Shown one piece after another: positions 38,013 to 48,273 of a DNA stretch of 64,000 nt. Within the stretch, counting starts at the first letter, position 1; each line of letters begins with the position of its first letter. The position numbers and the translations under genes are program-made. The notes under the pieces are model-generated. The model ran no database searches. It was not told the DNA's origin and saw only the letters and a program-made list of their open reading frames with translations. Source of the DNA: Patescibacteria group bacterium (GTDB lineage Bacteria > Patescibacteriota > Patescibacteriia > Veblenbacterales > UBA10138); assembly GCA_041648575.1 (NCBI GenBank), contig JBAZOT010000001.1:31298-95297 (forward strand). The letters run 5' to 3'.

Positions 38013-38507
38013 ATTCAATCAGCGCCTATACAACAAGACGAAGATGAAAGATTACAAGCATTAATAAATTTAGGCTTATTAGATACCGAGCCCGAGGAGA
38101 GGTTTGATAATATTACCAATGAGGCAATTAAGATTTTTAACGTTCCTATTTCTACTATTTCGCTACTTGATAAGGATCGTGAATGGTTTAAATCGTCAAT
38201 CGGATTAGATAATAGAGAAGGTCCGAGAAATACATCTTTTTGCGGACATGCTATTTATGCCAAAATTATTTTTATAGTTGAGGATACATTAACTGATTTG
38301 CGTTTTAAAGATAATCCTACGGTAATAAATCCACCGAAGATTCGTTTTTATGCTGGCGTGGCGTTATATGACAAGACCGGTAATTATCCAATAGGAGTTT
38401 TATGTATAAAAGATATTAAGCCAAGAAAATTTACTCCGGCTGATATTGATAAGTTGGTGGAGTTGGCTAAGAAAGCAGAACAGGAATTGAATAGGACTTA
38501 TAACTAA
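38013..38507 (+). CDS. Stand-alone GAF domain protein with ATT start (or start-loss pseudogene)
   Basis: Open frame from ATT at 38013: IQSAPIQQDEDERLQAL..LLDTEPEERFD..SFCGHAI..DLRFKDNP.V..IRFYAG; first canonical start is only at 38298. Confidence 0.75.
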   Translation: MQSAPIQQDEDERLQALINLGLLDTEPEERFDNITNEAIKIFNVPISTISLLDKDREWFKSSIGLDNREGPRNTSFCGHAIYAKIIFIVEDTLTDLRFKDNPTVINPPKIRFYAGVALYDKTGNYPIGVLCIKDIKPRKFTPADIDKLVELAKKAEQELNRTYN

Positions 38508-38537
38508 AAATAAATAATTATAATTAATTATCAATTT

Positions 38538-38753
38538 ATGAATGAAAGTGCAGAAATGAAAACATTAGAGCCATTGACTCCTGAATAGGAGATTGAGGCC
38601 ATTCGGCAGGAGATTTATATGATGGGAGCAAACGATTCAGAGTTTTCTGCCATTGATGATATTTTAGAACGATTGAAGAATAAAGTAATCGATACAGAGC
38701 AAGCAATTACCGAAGCAACAAAAATAAAAAACAATAAACAAGATTATCATTAA
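38538..38753 (+). pseudogene. Small helical protein interrupted by an in-frame TAG
   Basis: MNESAEMKTLEPLTPE*EIEAIRQEIYMMGANDSEF...KQDYH*; TAG at 38586-38588. Confidence 0.55.
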
Positions 38754-38758
38754 AAAAG

Positions 38759-39343
38759 TTATTTTAATTTATTTAAAATAAATCCGCCATTTGGTAAATA
38801 GCGGATTTTTTTAAGACGCGGATCAGGTTTTGGTTTTTCCTGATCAAATATTGTTTTAACCTCAAGATTTTTTAAAAATCTTAAAGTTAATAATTCTTGG
38901 GAAGATTTTTTCCAGATTTGTCCAAAGTCACCAATTGTGCCCTTGTTGGTTAGGGTATTAGAAACTTCAAAATGAATAGTAGTTTCTCTGTCGTCAACTT
39001 TTAATGTCCAGGGGCTCTTTTTAAGGGTGGCAAAGTATTTAGCATCAATGATGTCTAATGGAAAATTAAAAACAAAATTTATTTTTCCTTCTACTACATC
39101 CAAAGTCCAGTAGATTGGATTTTTTAATGAATCAGAATTTAAGTAGGTTCCTGTCCCCCAGCAAATAATTCCAGTAGACCTTTCTGCTTGGTAATTTTTC
39201 TGCTCATGAAAAATTGTTTTTAGTACGTGGATATCGATTACTTGATGTTCAATGAAATCGGGTAATTCTATTAATTCTGATTGCGCCCAGGTAATTTGCC
39301 CTAGCAACAAAATCATTAAGATTATTAAAATAACGATTTTCAT
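38759..39343 (-). CDS. Orphan secreted protein
   Basis: MKIVILIILMILLLGQITWA-Q signal peptide; AAGGAG RBS; upstream TTGACA-N17-TAAAGT (39413-39385). Confidence 0.7.
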   Translation of the reverse strand: MKIVILIILMILLLGQITWAQSELIELPDFIEHQVIDIHVLKTIFHEQKNYQAERSTGIICWGTGTYLNSDSLKNPIYWTLDVVEGKINFVFNFPLDIIDAKYFATLKKSPWTLKVDDRETTIHFEVSNTLTNKGTIGDFGQIWKKSSQELLTLRFLKNLEVKTIFDQEKPKPDPRLKKIRYLPNGGFILNKLK

Positions 39344-39469
39344 CTTGTGTCTCCTTTTTATTGTAATTGTGTTTGTTTGAATGCACTTTATAATCAAATT
39401 TATAATTTGTCAATCAATAAGGTAACGCTTGCTAGATGATTGAGGAAATGTTAAGATTTAAGCAAATTT

Positions 39470-40045
39470 ATGATAGATGAATCGATTTTTACTGATAATA
39501 ATCAACAACGTCATCACAAACCAGCTAAGCCACCAATTTCAGAACGGCTTACGGTAACGGCAATTACTTTGTCTATAATTTTAGTACTGGCTTTGGTAGT
39601 GTTACAAATTAAGGCGTTGTATGATGTTAATCGGTATTTTAATCCGCATTACCAAGTTTGTACCCAACAATTAACTGAGCCAGGATACGGTGACTGTTCT
39701 GGCGAAGCTTATGCTTGGGAGCGCATATTATTGTGGAGTTATTTAAGCGGTGGATTATTTTTAATTTATTTAATTTTGGCGCTAGTTTTTAGAAAAAGAA
39801 AGAATTACACTTGGCAAATGGCGTTATTTAGGGTTTTTACTGTGCTCACTTTTTTTGCTACTGTGGTAATGATTGCCTATTTAAATCAATATTTATTTGA
39901 ATATCATCAAGATATTGCTTGGTATGTGGCTTTAGGTCTAGTGGTAATTTTATCAATTGCACTGGTTATTTATATCGAGCGTCGTCGCCTACAAAAAAAA
40001 TTAGCAGGCAAACCAGCTAATAGTTATGTCAAAAATATCATCTAA
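39470..40045 (+). CDS. Hypothetical membrane protein (4 TM)
   Basis: Hydrophobicity pattern; promoter-like TTGCTA-N17-TAAGAT upstream. Confidence 0.7.
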   Translation: MIDESIFTDNNQQRHHKPAKPPISERLTVTAITLSIILVLALVVLQIKALYDVNRYFNPHYQVCTQQLTEPGYGDCSGEAYAWERILLWSYLSGGLFLIYLILALVFRKRKNYTWQMALFRVFTVLTFFATVVMIAYLNQYLFEYHQDIAWYVALGLVVILSIALVIYIERRRLQKKLAGKPANSYVKNII

Positions 40046-40718
40046 AAAGAAAATTGCAGTGTTGGATATTGATGGAACTATTTTTCGTTCTTCCTTGCAG
40101 CGCGAGTTATTAATGTCGTTGGTTTATTTTGGCGTTTTTCCACCAATAGTAAAAAAGGAATTGGAAAAAAATTATTATGCGTGGGTAAACCGCGCTGGTT
40201 CTTATGAAGATTATATCAATAAAGTTGTTCAGTCATATCAGCAGCGAATTAATGGTGTATTGGTTAGCGATGTCAGAAGAGTAGCCAATATTGTGATTGA
40301 ACAGCAAAAATACCGAGTTTACACTTATACGCGCGAATTGATTAAAGAATTACGCAAAGATTATCGTCTGGTGGCCATATCCGGTTCACCAATTGAAATA
40401 GTCAAAGAGTTTAACAGGATTTGGAAATTTGATGCTGTTTATGGTTTGGTGTTTGAAGTTGAAGATGATCGTTATACAGGCGTGATAAAATTTTTGCCAA
40501 TTAGAGACAAGAAATCAGTAATTGAACAATATGTTGCGGAAGAGCAGTTGTCATTAAAAAATTCTATTGGTATAGGTGATACTGAATCGGATTCCAGTTT
40601 TTTAGAGGTGGTGGATAAACCAATTTGCTTTAATCCCAATCACGCTTTGTATGAAATTGCCAAGAAGAACAAGTGGGAAATCGTAATTGAACGCAAGGAT
40701 GTAATTTATCATTTGTAA
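40026..40718 (+). CDS. HAD-IB family hydrolase
   Basis: DIDGT motif I, ISGS, GDTESD, NP. Confidence 0.9.
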   Translation: MSKISSKKKIAVLDIDGTIFRSSLQRELLMSLVYFGVFPPIVKKELEKNYYAWVNRAGSYEDYINKVVQSYQQRINGVLVSDVRRVANIVIEQQKYRVYTYTRELIKELRKDYRLVAISGSPIEIVKEFNRIWKFDAVYGLVFEVEDDRYTGVIKFLPIRDKKSVIEQYVAEEQLSLKNSIGIGDTESDSSFLEVVDKPICFNPNHALYEIAKKNKWEIVIERKDVIYHL

Positions 40719-40756
40719 TTAACGTCGCATTAATAGAATTATTTGATTGATAAGTT

Positions 40757-41353
40757 ATGGAAACAGAGATTGAGGCAAAATTTTTGGATGTTGATCCCAA
40801 TCAGTTACGTCAGCTGTTAAAAAAATTAGGAGCTAAGTTAATTCATAAGGAAAGATTAATGAGGCGTCAAACCTTTGATTTGCTGGATTTGTTATTAAAA
40901 AATAAAGGCGGTTGGGTAAGAGTTCGTGACGAGGGTGATAAAATTACCCTGTCATATAAACAAGAAAAAGATCGTACTTTATATGGTATAAGAGAACTTA
41001 CGGTTGAGGTTTCGGATTTTGATTTAACTTGCGAGTTGCTAGAAACAATTGGTTTGGTAAAAAAAGGATATCAAGAAACTAAAAGGGAAACATGGATTTT
41101 AGATGAATGCGAAGTTACTATTGATACTTGGCCATGGATTCCTACGACAGTGGAAGTAGAGGGGAGTACTGAAAAATTAGTTAGACAGGTGTCTGGAAAA
41201 TTAGCTTTGGATTGGTCACATGTTTTACACGGTAGCGTGTCAATTGCCTATCAAAAATATTTTAAAGTGACTGATGATGAAATTAATGAATATCCAACTA
41301 TTACTTTTGGACCAGTGCCTGACTGGTTAGAGAAAAAAAGAATTAAAAAATAG
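40757..41353 (+). CDS. CYTH domain protein (CyaB-like)
   Basis: EIEAKF (ExExK), RVRDEG, EVEG. Confidence 0.88.
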   Translation: METEIEAKFLDVDPNQLRQLLKKLGAKLIHKERLMRRQTFDLLDLLLKNKGGWVRVRDEGDKITLSYKQEKDRTLYGIRELTVEVSDFDLTCELLETIGLVKKGYQETKRETWILDECEVTIDTWPWIPTTVEVEGSTEKLVRQVSGKLALDWSHVLHGSVSIAYQKYFKVTDDEINEYPTITFGPVPDWLEKKRIKK

Positions 41354-41358
41354 TTGTT

Positions 41359-41859
41359 ATGGATATTTTTTCTCACGGTTTGTGGACCAGTGTAATTTAT
41401 AGTCGTATTCAGTGGTGTATTAGACTGTGGGCAATATTATTTGGCGTGTTGCCAGATTTATCATCTTTTGGTATTTTGTTTATTCAATCTTTGTTTGGCG
41501 GCAGGTTATTTGGTCCACCGCAGATTCATTTGGTTCCTGATTATATTTACGTATTATATAACATTAGTCATAGTTTGATTATTTGGCTGGGAATTTTTTT
41601 GGTTATCTGGTTAATTTATAAAAAACCTTGGTGGCCGCTGGCTGCTGCCGTGATTCATATTGTAATTGATATACCTTCGCATGCAGCTGACTTTTTCCCC
41701 ACACCTTTCCTCTGGCCGCTGTCTTCATACACTTTTGATGGTTATTCTTGGGCCCATCCCAATTTCATGATCGTGAACTATGGTTTACTGATAATAACTT
41801 ATATTGTCTGGTATTTACTGATACGTAAGCATTCAAAAATAAAAAAATTAATGGTTTGA
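41359..41859 (+). CDS. Membrane metal-dependent hydrolase (YdjM-like)
   Basis: SH, PD, SHSL, HIVIDIPSH, LWP. Confidence 0.7.
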   Translation: MDIFSHGLWTSVIYSRIQWCIRLWAILFGVLPDLSSFGILFIQSLFGGRLFGPPQIHLVPDYIYVLYNISHSLIIWLGIFLVIWLIYKKPWWPLAAAVIHIVIDIPSHAADFFPTPFLWPLSSYTFDGYSWAHPNFMIVNYGLLIITYIVWYLLIRKHSKIKKLMV

Positions 41860-41917
41860 CGAGAGATAAAAATAATACTATAATGATTAATCTCTATGTA
41901 ATAGAGTAATATTAGTT

Positions 41918-43678
41918 ATGAAAATAATTACTAAACAAACTTATAAAGTTTTTTGGCAGCACGCGGTTCGTTACCGCCTGCTTTTTTGGATTATTGTATT
42001 GGCTATTGCTTTGGCAGCTATTATGCCGATTATTGTTCCGTTTTATTATAAAAAATTTATTGATGTGGTGGTGGCAGGATCGTCGGTAAATAACATTGTC
42101 GAACAGTTAAGAAATATCATTTGGTTTATTTTGTTGCTTAATGGAATAGAGTGGTTATTATATCGGGTGGCCTCTTATGCAAATAATTATTTTCAACCCA
42201 AAGTTATTTCTGATTTATATAACACCAGTTTTGACTATTTACATCATCACTCTTTTGGTTTTTTTATAAATCGTTTTGTTGGTGCCCTAGTGAGAAAGGT
42301 TGGTCGCTTTGTGCGAGGTTTTGAAGATATCAGCGATTCTCTATATTGGAATTTATTGCCAACAGCCGTTAGGGTATTATCTGTTTTAATAGTTATGTTT
42401 TGGTTATATCCGCTGTTGGGTTTTATTTTATTGGGTTGGACTATACTGTATTTAACAATTAATTATATTTTGACTTTGCGGAAATTGAAATTGGATGAGG
42501 CCGCTGCAGCTATGGATAGTCGGGTAACTGGTTATTTAGCTGATACTATAACTAATAATGCTAATGTTAAAGTATTTGTTGGTTTAGAACACGAACGAGC
42601 TGGTTTCGGTGGATTAACCCAGGAGCAATTTTTATTAACCAAAAAAAGTTGGAATTTTGATTCTAATATCGAAAGTGTTCAAGGCGCTTTTATGGTTATA
42701 TTAGAGTTTGCCGTTTTTTATGCGGCAATTTCTCTGTGGCAGAAAGGTCTGTTAACGGTTGGAGGATTTGTTTTGATTCAAAGCTATATTATTCAGGTAT
42801 TTATGCGTTTGTGGGATTTTGGCAGAGTTATTCGCCGTATTTATAGGAATTTAGCAGATGCTGAAGAAATGGTGGAGATATTATATACTCCGCACCAAGT
42901 TAAAGATGCCCCCGGGGCTGAAAAACTTATCGTGACTAAAGGCGATGTTGAATTTAAAAATGTTTGTTTTAATTACTCCCAAGAATTAGATGTAATTAAT
43001 GATTTTAATCTGCAAGTTACTCGAGGTGAAAAAGTTGGTTTGGTTGGCCCATCAGGCGCTGGCAAATCCACTTTAGTGTCCTTAATATTTAGATTTTTTG
43101 ATGTAACTAGTGGCGGAATTTTTATTGATGGCCAAAATATTTCGCAGGTGACCCAAGAATCTTTACGCAACCAAGTTAGTTTAGTACCGCAGGATCCGGT
43201 GTTGTTTCACAGAACTCTGTTGGAAAATATTAGATACGGACGCAGAGATGCTAGCGACGAAGAGGTAGTGGTCGCAGCCAAGTTGGCGCACTGTGATGAA
43301 TTTATTAATCGTTTGCCCCAAAGTTACCAAACCTTTGTTGGGGAGCGCGGTATTAAATTGTCTGGCGGAGAACGTCAGCGTGTGGCAATCGCCAGAGCTA
43401 TTTTAAAAAATGCCCCAATTTTAGTGTTGGACGAAGCCACTTCCAGTTTAGATTCTCACGCCGAGTCTATTATTCAGGATGCTTTAACCAATTTAATGAA
43501 AGGAAGAACTACTATTGTTATTGCTCACCGGCTCTCTACTATCATGAAAATGAATAGGATCATTGTTTTATGCCAAGGTAAGATTCAGGAAGTGGGTAGC
43601 CATCAGGAATTGTTGAAAAAATCAGGCGGTTTATATCAATCCCTGTGGCGGTTGCAAGCCGGCGGTTTTATTACTTAA
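41918..43678 (+). CDS. ABC exporter, fused permease/ATPase
   Basis: TM domain, GPSGAGKST, LSGGERQR, LDEATS, IAHRLST. Confidence 0.95.
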   Translation: MKIITKQTYKVFWQHAVRYRLLFWIIVLAIALAAIMPIIVPFYYKKFIDVVVAGSSVNNIVEQLRNIIWFILLLNGIEWLLYRVASYANNYFQPKVISDLYNTSFDYLHHHSFGFFINRFVGALVRKVGRFVRGFEDISDSLYWNLLPTAVRVLSVLIVMFWLYPLLGFILLGWTILYLTINYILTLRKLKLDEAAAAMDSRVTGYLADTITNNANVKVFVGLEHERAGFGGLTQEQFLLTKKSWNFDSNIESVQGAFMVILEFAVFYAAISLWQKGLLTVGGFVLIQSYIIQVFMRLWDFGRVIRRIYRNLADAEEMVEILYTPHQVKDAPGAEKLIVTKGDVEFKNVCFNYSQELDVINDFNLQVTRGEKVGLVGPSGAGKSTLVSLIFRFFDVTSGGIFIDGQNISQVTQESLRNQVSLVPQDPVLFHRTLLENIRYGRRDASDEEVVVAAKLAHCDEFINRLPQSYQTFVGERGIKLSGGERQRVAIARAILKNAPILVLDEATSSLDSHAESIIQDALTNLMKGRTTIVIAHRLSTIMKMNRIIVLCQGKIQEVGSHQELLKKSGGLYQSLWRLQAGGFIT

Positions 43679-43711
43679 TAGCATTAATAATGTACAGTTA
43701 ATCAAATTTCC

Positions 43712-43740
43712 TTGTCAACGATTTACTAATATGTTACTAT
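43712..43740 (+). promoter_or_regulatory. secDF promoter
   Basis: TTGTCA-N17-TACTAT with TG extension. Confidence 0.6.
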
Positions 43741-43783
43741 ATTCCTGTTACCTCGGGTTTTCCCTTGGTATTTTTTCTCAAAA

Positions 43784-45574
43784 ATGCCTAATAATAACAA
43801 AACTCATCAACCAGACAACGAACAGGAATCAAACTCACCTTTAGCTTTTTTAAAGTGGATATCTTGGCCACTAGTTAAGTTGGGTAAGTTAATGTTTGGC
43901 AACATGAACCAACGCAAGCAGATGTGGTATTTGCTGGTGGGTATTTTGGCCATGTCTTTATTTACAGGTTTAATTGATTGGCCCAAAGTACCGAATTGGG
44001 TTCCGGGAACCAGTTTTTGGAATAAATTTAATGTGCAATTAGGGTTAGATTTACAGGGCGGTAGTCATCTAGTATATCAAGCAGATCTAAGTGGTATTCC
44101 CCCAGGAGAGGAGTCGTCAGCGGTAGAGGGGGTAAGGGATGTTATTGAAAGAAGGGTTAATTTTTTTGGTGTATCTGAACCAGTGGTGCAAACTAATAAG
44201 GCAGGAGATAATTGGCGAGTCATTATAGAATTACCTGGTATTAAAGATGTCAACGAAGCTATTAAGCTGATTGGTGAAACTCCAATATTGGAATTTAAAG
44301 AACAAGCCCCGGTACCAGTTCAACCAATCGATACAGAAACAGATGCGCGTGAACGTGCGGATAGCGTTTTAACAGACGCCTTAAAGCCCAAAACTGACTT
44401 TGCGGCATTGGCTAAAGAATTTTCAGAAGATGAAGGGTCACGTGAACAGGGTGGTGATTTGGGGTGGTTTAAGGCGGGTGTAATGGTACCCGAATTTGAG
44501 CAAGCTGTAATGGAATTAAAAGTAGATCAGATCAGTAAAACCTTGGTGCAAACGCAGTTTGGTTTTCATATTATCAAAAAGACTGGTGAGCGCCAGATTG
44601 CAGAAGGAGAACAAGAAGTTACAGAATACCAAGCTAGTCATATTTTGATTAAAACACCTAATGTTCAAGTTGGTGAAAACTGGCAAGCAACTGGCCTGTC
44701 TGGTAAGCAACTTAAACGCGCTCAAGTACAATTTGACAGTAGCGCTGGTTTACCAGAAGTACAGTTAGTTTTTAATGATGAAGGTAAGGATTTATTTGGC
44801 GAAATTACTGCTCGTAATGTAGGTCAACCAGTAGCTATTTTTTTAGATGGCGTACCTATTAGCGTTCCTACAGTACAGCAAGCAATAACTGGTGGAGAAG
44901 CAGTAATCACAGGAAATTTTTCCTTGACCGAAGCCAAGCAGTTGGTACAGCGCTTAAACGCTGGTGCCTTACCAGTTCCGATTCATTTAATTAATCAGCA
45001 GGTGATAGACGCAACTTTGGGTAAAGAATCTGTGGAAAAAAGTTTGTTAGCCGGCATCATTGGTTTATTGGCTGTGGCTTTGTTTATGATTATTTATTAT
45101 CGTTTGCCAGGATTTTTATCAGTATTAGCATTGTCTATTTATACTTTGATTACCTTTGCCATATTTAAATTATGGCCTATAACTTTAACCTTGCCTGGTA
45201 TCGCTGGTTATATTTTGTCTATTGGCATGGCGGTTGATGCTAATGTTTTAATTTTTGAAAGATTGAAAGAAGAGTTGCGGGCTGGCAAACCATTGCCGCA
45301 TGCGATAGAAGAGGGCTTTAAGCGCGCTTGGACTTCTATTCGCGATTCCAATATATCAAGTTTAATTACTTCTATTATTTTGATTTGGTTTGGCTCGTCC
45401 TTAATTAAGGGTTTTGCTATTACTTTGTCAATTGGTATTTTAATAAGTATGTTTTCAGCCATTACTATTACGAGGACTTTTTTGCGTTTGTTGGCCACTG
45501 GTAAATTTAATCAATTAACTTTTTTATTTGGCGTGTCTAAAAAGAAGCTGGCTGTACAGCAAAAAGTATTATGA
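43784..45574 (+). CDS. secD: SecD with an inserted parvulin-type PPIase domain
   Basis: [34 protein letters not shown]; insert [20 protein letters not shown]...TQFGFHII. Confidence 0.94.
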   Translation: MPNNNKTHQPDNEQESNSPLAFLKWISWPLVKLGKLMFGNMNQRKQMWYLLVGILAMSLFTGLIDWPKVPNWVPGTSFWNKFNVQLGLDLQGGSHLVYQADLSGIPPGEESSAVEGVRDVIERRVNFFGVSEPVVQTNKAGDNWRVIIELPGIKDVNEAIKLIGETPILEFKEQAPVPVQPIDTETDARERADSVLTDALKPKTDFAALAKEFSEDEGSREQGGDLGWFKAGVMVPEFEQAVMELKVDQISKTLVQTQFGFHIIKKTGERQIAEGEQEVTEYQASHILIKTPNVQVGENWQATGLSGKQLKRAQVQFDSSAGLPEVQLVFNDEGKDLFGEITARNVGQPVAIFLDGVPISVPTVQQAITGGEAVITGNFSLTEAKQLVQRLNAGALPVPIHLINQQVIDATLGKESVEKSLLAGIIGLLAVALFMIIYYRLPGFLSVLALSIYTLITFAIFKLWPITLTLPGIAGYILSIGMAVDANVLIFERLKEELRAGKPLPHAIEEGFKRAWTSIRDSNISSLITSIILIWFGSSLIKGFAITLSIGILISMFSAITITRTFLRLLATGKFNQLTFLFGVSKKKLAVQQKVL

Positions 45575-46464
45575 TAAGTTTTATTAAACATCGTTATATT
45601 TCCTATAATTTTTCGCTTACTTTGATAATTATTAGTATTGTGAGCTTATCGTTATGGGGATTAAAATTAGGAATTGATTTTACCGGCGGGTCGCTCTTGC
45701 AGGTTGAGTTTCCGTCTGGCCGTCCATCCAATCAAGAACTGCAAGAGGTTTTATCTCCTTTGAATTTTGGTAATTTATTAATACAGCCATCGGGAGATAG
45801 TGATGTCATGGTACGTTTACGTGATCTTAACGAAGACGAGCATCAGCAATTATTAGCTTCCTTAAAAGCAAAGTATAGCGATATTAGCGAAAAGAGATTT
45901 GAATCTGTCGGGCCGACTTTGGGCGCTGAACTGTGGAGAAAGGCGTTGTGGGCGATTGGCGTGGCGTTATTTTTTATTATTATTTATATTGCCTGGGCTT
46001 TCCGTAAAGTAACTCGTCCCGTGGCGTCGTGGAAATATGGTTTAACAGCAGTTATAGCGCTAGCGCACAATACTGTTATTACTGTTGGTATTTTTAGTGT
46101 ACTAGGACATTTTTGGGGAGTAGAGGTAGATAGTTTATTTGTGTCAGCGCTTTTAACACTGCTTGGTTTTTCAGTTCACGATACCATTGTAGTATATGAT
46201 CGCACGCGCGAGAATATTTTTAGGCACAGTGTTGAGAGTTTTGCCGATACTGTTAATAAAAGTCTTAATGATACTTTGGTTCGCTCTATTAATACGGGTC
46301 TAGCTACGTTGCTGGTGCTGGCGGCACTTTATTTTTTTGGCGGCGAGAGTATTCATTTTTTTGCCTTGGCACTGATTATTGGTATTGCTATTGGGACCTA
46401 TTCTTCAATTTTTGTAGCATCACCGCTGTTAGTTGATTGGTTTAAATTATCACAGCGTAAATAA
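45571..46464 (+). CDS. secF: Protein translocase subunit SecF
   Basis: [38 protein letters not shown]. Confidence 0.96.
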   Translation: MISFIKHRYISYNFSLTLIIISIVSLSLWGLKLGIDFTGGSLLQVEFPSGRPSNQELQEVLSPLNFGNLLIQPSGDSDVMVRLRDLNEDEHQQLLASLKAKYSDISEKRFESVGPTLGAELWRKALWAIGVALFFIIIYIAWAFRKVTRPVASWKYGLTAVIALAHNTVITVGIFSVLGHFWGVEVDSLFVSALLTLLGFSVHDTIVVYDRTRENIFRHSVESFADTVNKSLNDTLVRSINTGLATLLVLAALYFFGGESIHFFALALIIGIAIGTYSSIFVASPLLVDWFKLSQRK

Positions 46465-46488
46465 TAAATTAACTTACCACCACCCGAT

Positions 46489-47181
46489 ATGGGCGAAGTA
46501 AGAAAAAAATATTTATTAATCCCGTCCATATTAGTATTCGGGCTGTTTTATTGTTTGGTAGTGCAAGCAGCGGCGACAATATTTTTAATACCTGATCAAG
46601 GCGAGTATGTGTTAAAAAGTAATTTTTCAGTTAAGGTATTGCTTAAAGCCGAAGAACCACAATCAACCCAGGTTAGTGCTAGTTTGGTTTTTGAACCAAC
46701 CAATTTACAGGTAGTTAGTTTAAATTTAAATAATTCTAAAATTAAAAAATGGCTAGTGGAACCGTCGTATTCTAATGCTAAGGGAATAATATCGTTTATA
46801 GGCATTTTAAATAATGAGAACCAAAACACGATTCAATATAATTTATTAGAGGTAACATTCAAACCTATAAAATTAGGAAAGACTTCTGTGCAAATAAATT
46901 TTGGTAAAGTGATAGATGAACAAGACTACAATACTGTGGGATCACTTGGGTCAGCAGAATTTAATATAATCGAGTCGCAGGCTAGCACTGATTCTGATAA
47001 TCAAGCGTTGAATAATAATGAAATTAAACAAGTGAATAAATCTGATATAATAGAATTTAATCAATCGTCTAGTAAGAGATTTGATTATAACGCTTTTTTG
47101 CCACTTTATGTAGCATTATTTATATTACTTTTGATAATAGTATTAGTGATTATATTTCTACAAAACAGGCCAATTAATTAA
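46489..47181 (+). CDS. Cohesin-like domain surface protein with C-terminal TM anchor
   Basis: Signal peptide, beta-rich L.F.P..LQVV..W...P...N..G.I.F pattern, C-terminal TM. Confidence 0.65.
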   Translation: MGEVRKKYLLIPSILVFGLFYCLVVQAAATIFLIPDQGEYVLKSNFSVKVLLKAEEPQSTQVSASLVFEPTNLQVVSLNLNNSKIKKWLVEPSYSNAKGIISFIGILNNENQNTIQYNLLEVTFKPIKLGKTSVQINFGKVIDEQDYNTVGSLGSAEFNIIESQASTDSDNQALNNNEIKQVNKSDIIEFNQSSSKRFDYNAFLPLYVALFILLLIIVLVIIFLQNRPIN

Positions 47182-47184
47182 AAT

Positions 47185-47234
47185 TTGACTGTTATATTGT
47201 TACTTGATATACTCCTACCATATAAGTATGAGTA
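47185..47234 (+). promoter_or_regulatory. rrf2-sod-suf promoter with putative Rrf2 operator
   Basis: TTGACT-N17-TATACT (TG-extended); inverted repeat TACTCCTAC-N7-GTATGAGTA at 47210-47234. Confidence 0.7.
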
Positions 47235-47240
47235 ATTTTT

Positions 47241-47648
47241 ATGTTTGGATTATCAACAAAAGGCGAATATGGCTTAAGTTTACTAGAAAGTTTGGCTTAT
47301 GAGCCAACTACAGTTGTTTCTCTTAAAAAAATTGCCAAAGCCAAGAAGTTACCTATAAAATATTTGGAACGTTTGGCCTCATCGCTTAAACGTGCTGGCT
47401 TAATTAAAAGTAAGGAGGGCGCTAAGGGTGGTTATTATTTAGCCAAACCAATAGCCCAAATAAAATTAATTGATGTGATCAAAATTTTAGAGGGAGATTT
47501 AGCACCAACTATTTGTACAGGCGATCATCTAAAATGCCCTAGGCAGGATACTTGCACTATGAAACAAGGTTGGCTAGGGGTACGTAATAAAATTTATTTT
47601 ATTTTATCAAGCTATACTTTAGCAGATTTATTTAAGAATAATAATTAA
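47241..47648 (+). CDS. Rrf2 family regulator (IscR-like, three Cys)
   Basis: STKGEYGL, YLERL, GAKGGYYLA, C-x6-C-x5-C. Confidence 0.92.
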   Translation: MFGLSTKGEYGLSLLESLAYEPTTVVSLKKIAKAKKLPIKYLERLASSLKRAGLIKSKEGAKGGYYLAKPIAQIKLIDVIKILEGDLAPTICTGDHLKCPRQDTCTMKQGWLGVRNKIYFILSSYTLADLFKNNN

Positions 47649-47659
47649 CAAATAAAAAT

Positions 47660-48271
47660 ATGTTTACTTTACTTAAATTACCATATGCTTATGATGCTCT
47701 AGAACCCTATTTTGATAAACAGACAATGGAATTGCACCATTCTAAACACCACGCTACCTATGTGACTAAACTTAACGAGGCTTTAGCTAATGCACCAGAG
47801 CTCTATACTAAATCTATAGAAGAATTGCTGGTTAATTTAAATGTTGTACCAGAGAATATACGAACCGTGGTTACTAATCACGGCGGTGGACATTATAATC
47901 ACTTATTTTTTTGGAGTATTATCCAGCCGCCAATAGGCAATGGTGGAGAACCGGAAGGCGAATTAGCCAGTGCTGTGGATCGTGATTTTGGTGACGTTAC
48001 AAAATTTCGTGATGATTTTACCAAAGCTGCAGTGAGTATTTTTGGCAGCGGTTGGGCATGGTTGGTAGCTAATCGGGATAATAAACTTTCTATTATTACT
48101 ACTGCTAATCAGGACAGTCCCATTACCCAGGGTTTAAAACCTCTATTAACAATAGATGTTTGGGAACACGCTTATTATTTAAAATATCAAAACAAGCGAG
48201 CTGATTATATTGATGCCTGGTGGAAAATAGTTAATTGGCAGGAAGTTAGTCGGAAGTTTGCTAAAAAATAA
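47660..48271 (+). CDS. sodA: Superoxide dismutase, Mn-type signature
   Basis: HHSKHH, GGGHYNH, ANQD, DVWEHAYY. Confidence 0.9.
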   Translation: MFTLLKLPYAYDALEPYFDKQTMELHHSKHHATYVTKLNEALANAPELYTKSIEELLVNLNVVPENIRTVVTNHGGGHYNHLFFWSIIQPPIGNGGEPEGELASAVDRDFGDVTKFRDDFTKAAVSIFGSGWAWLVANRDNKLSIITTANQDSPITQGLKPLLTIDVWEHAYYLKYQNKRADYIDAWWKIVNWQEVSRKFAKK

Positions 48272-48273
48272 AT

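Noticed and set aside
38586-38588. Stop-codon recoding (TAG or TGA read-through)
   Set aside because: TAG ends corA, ftsI and secA, and TGA ends mraY, ftsW, murG and speB at expected positions under code 11; a single in-frame TAG is better explained by mutation
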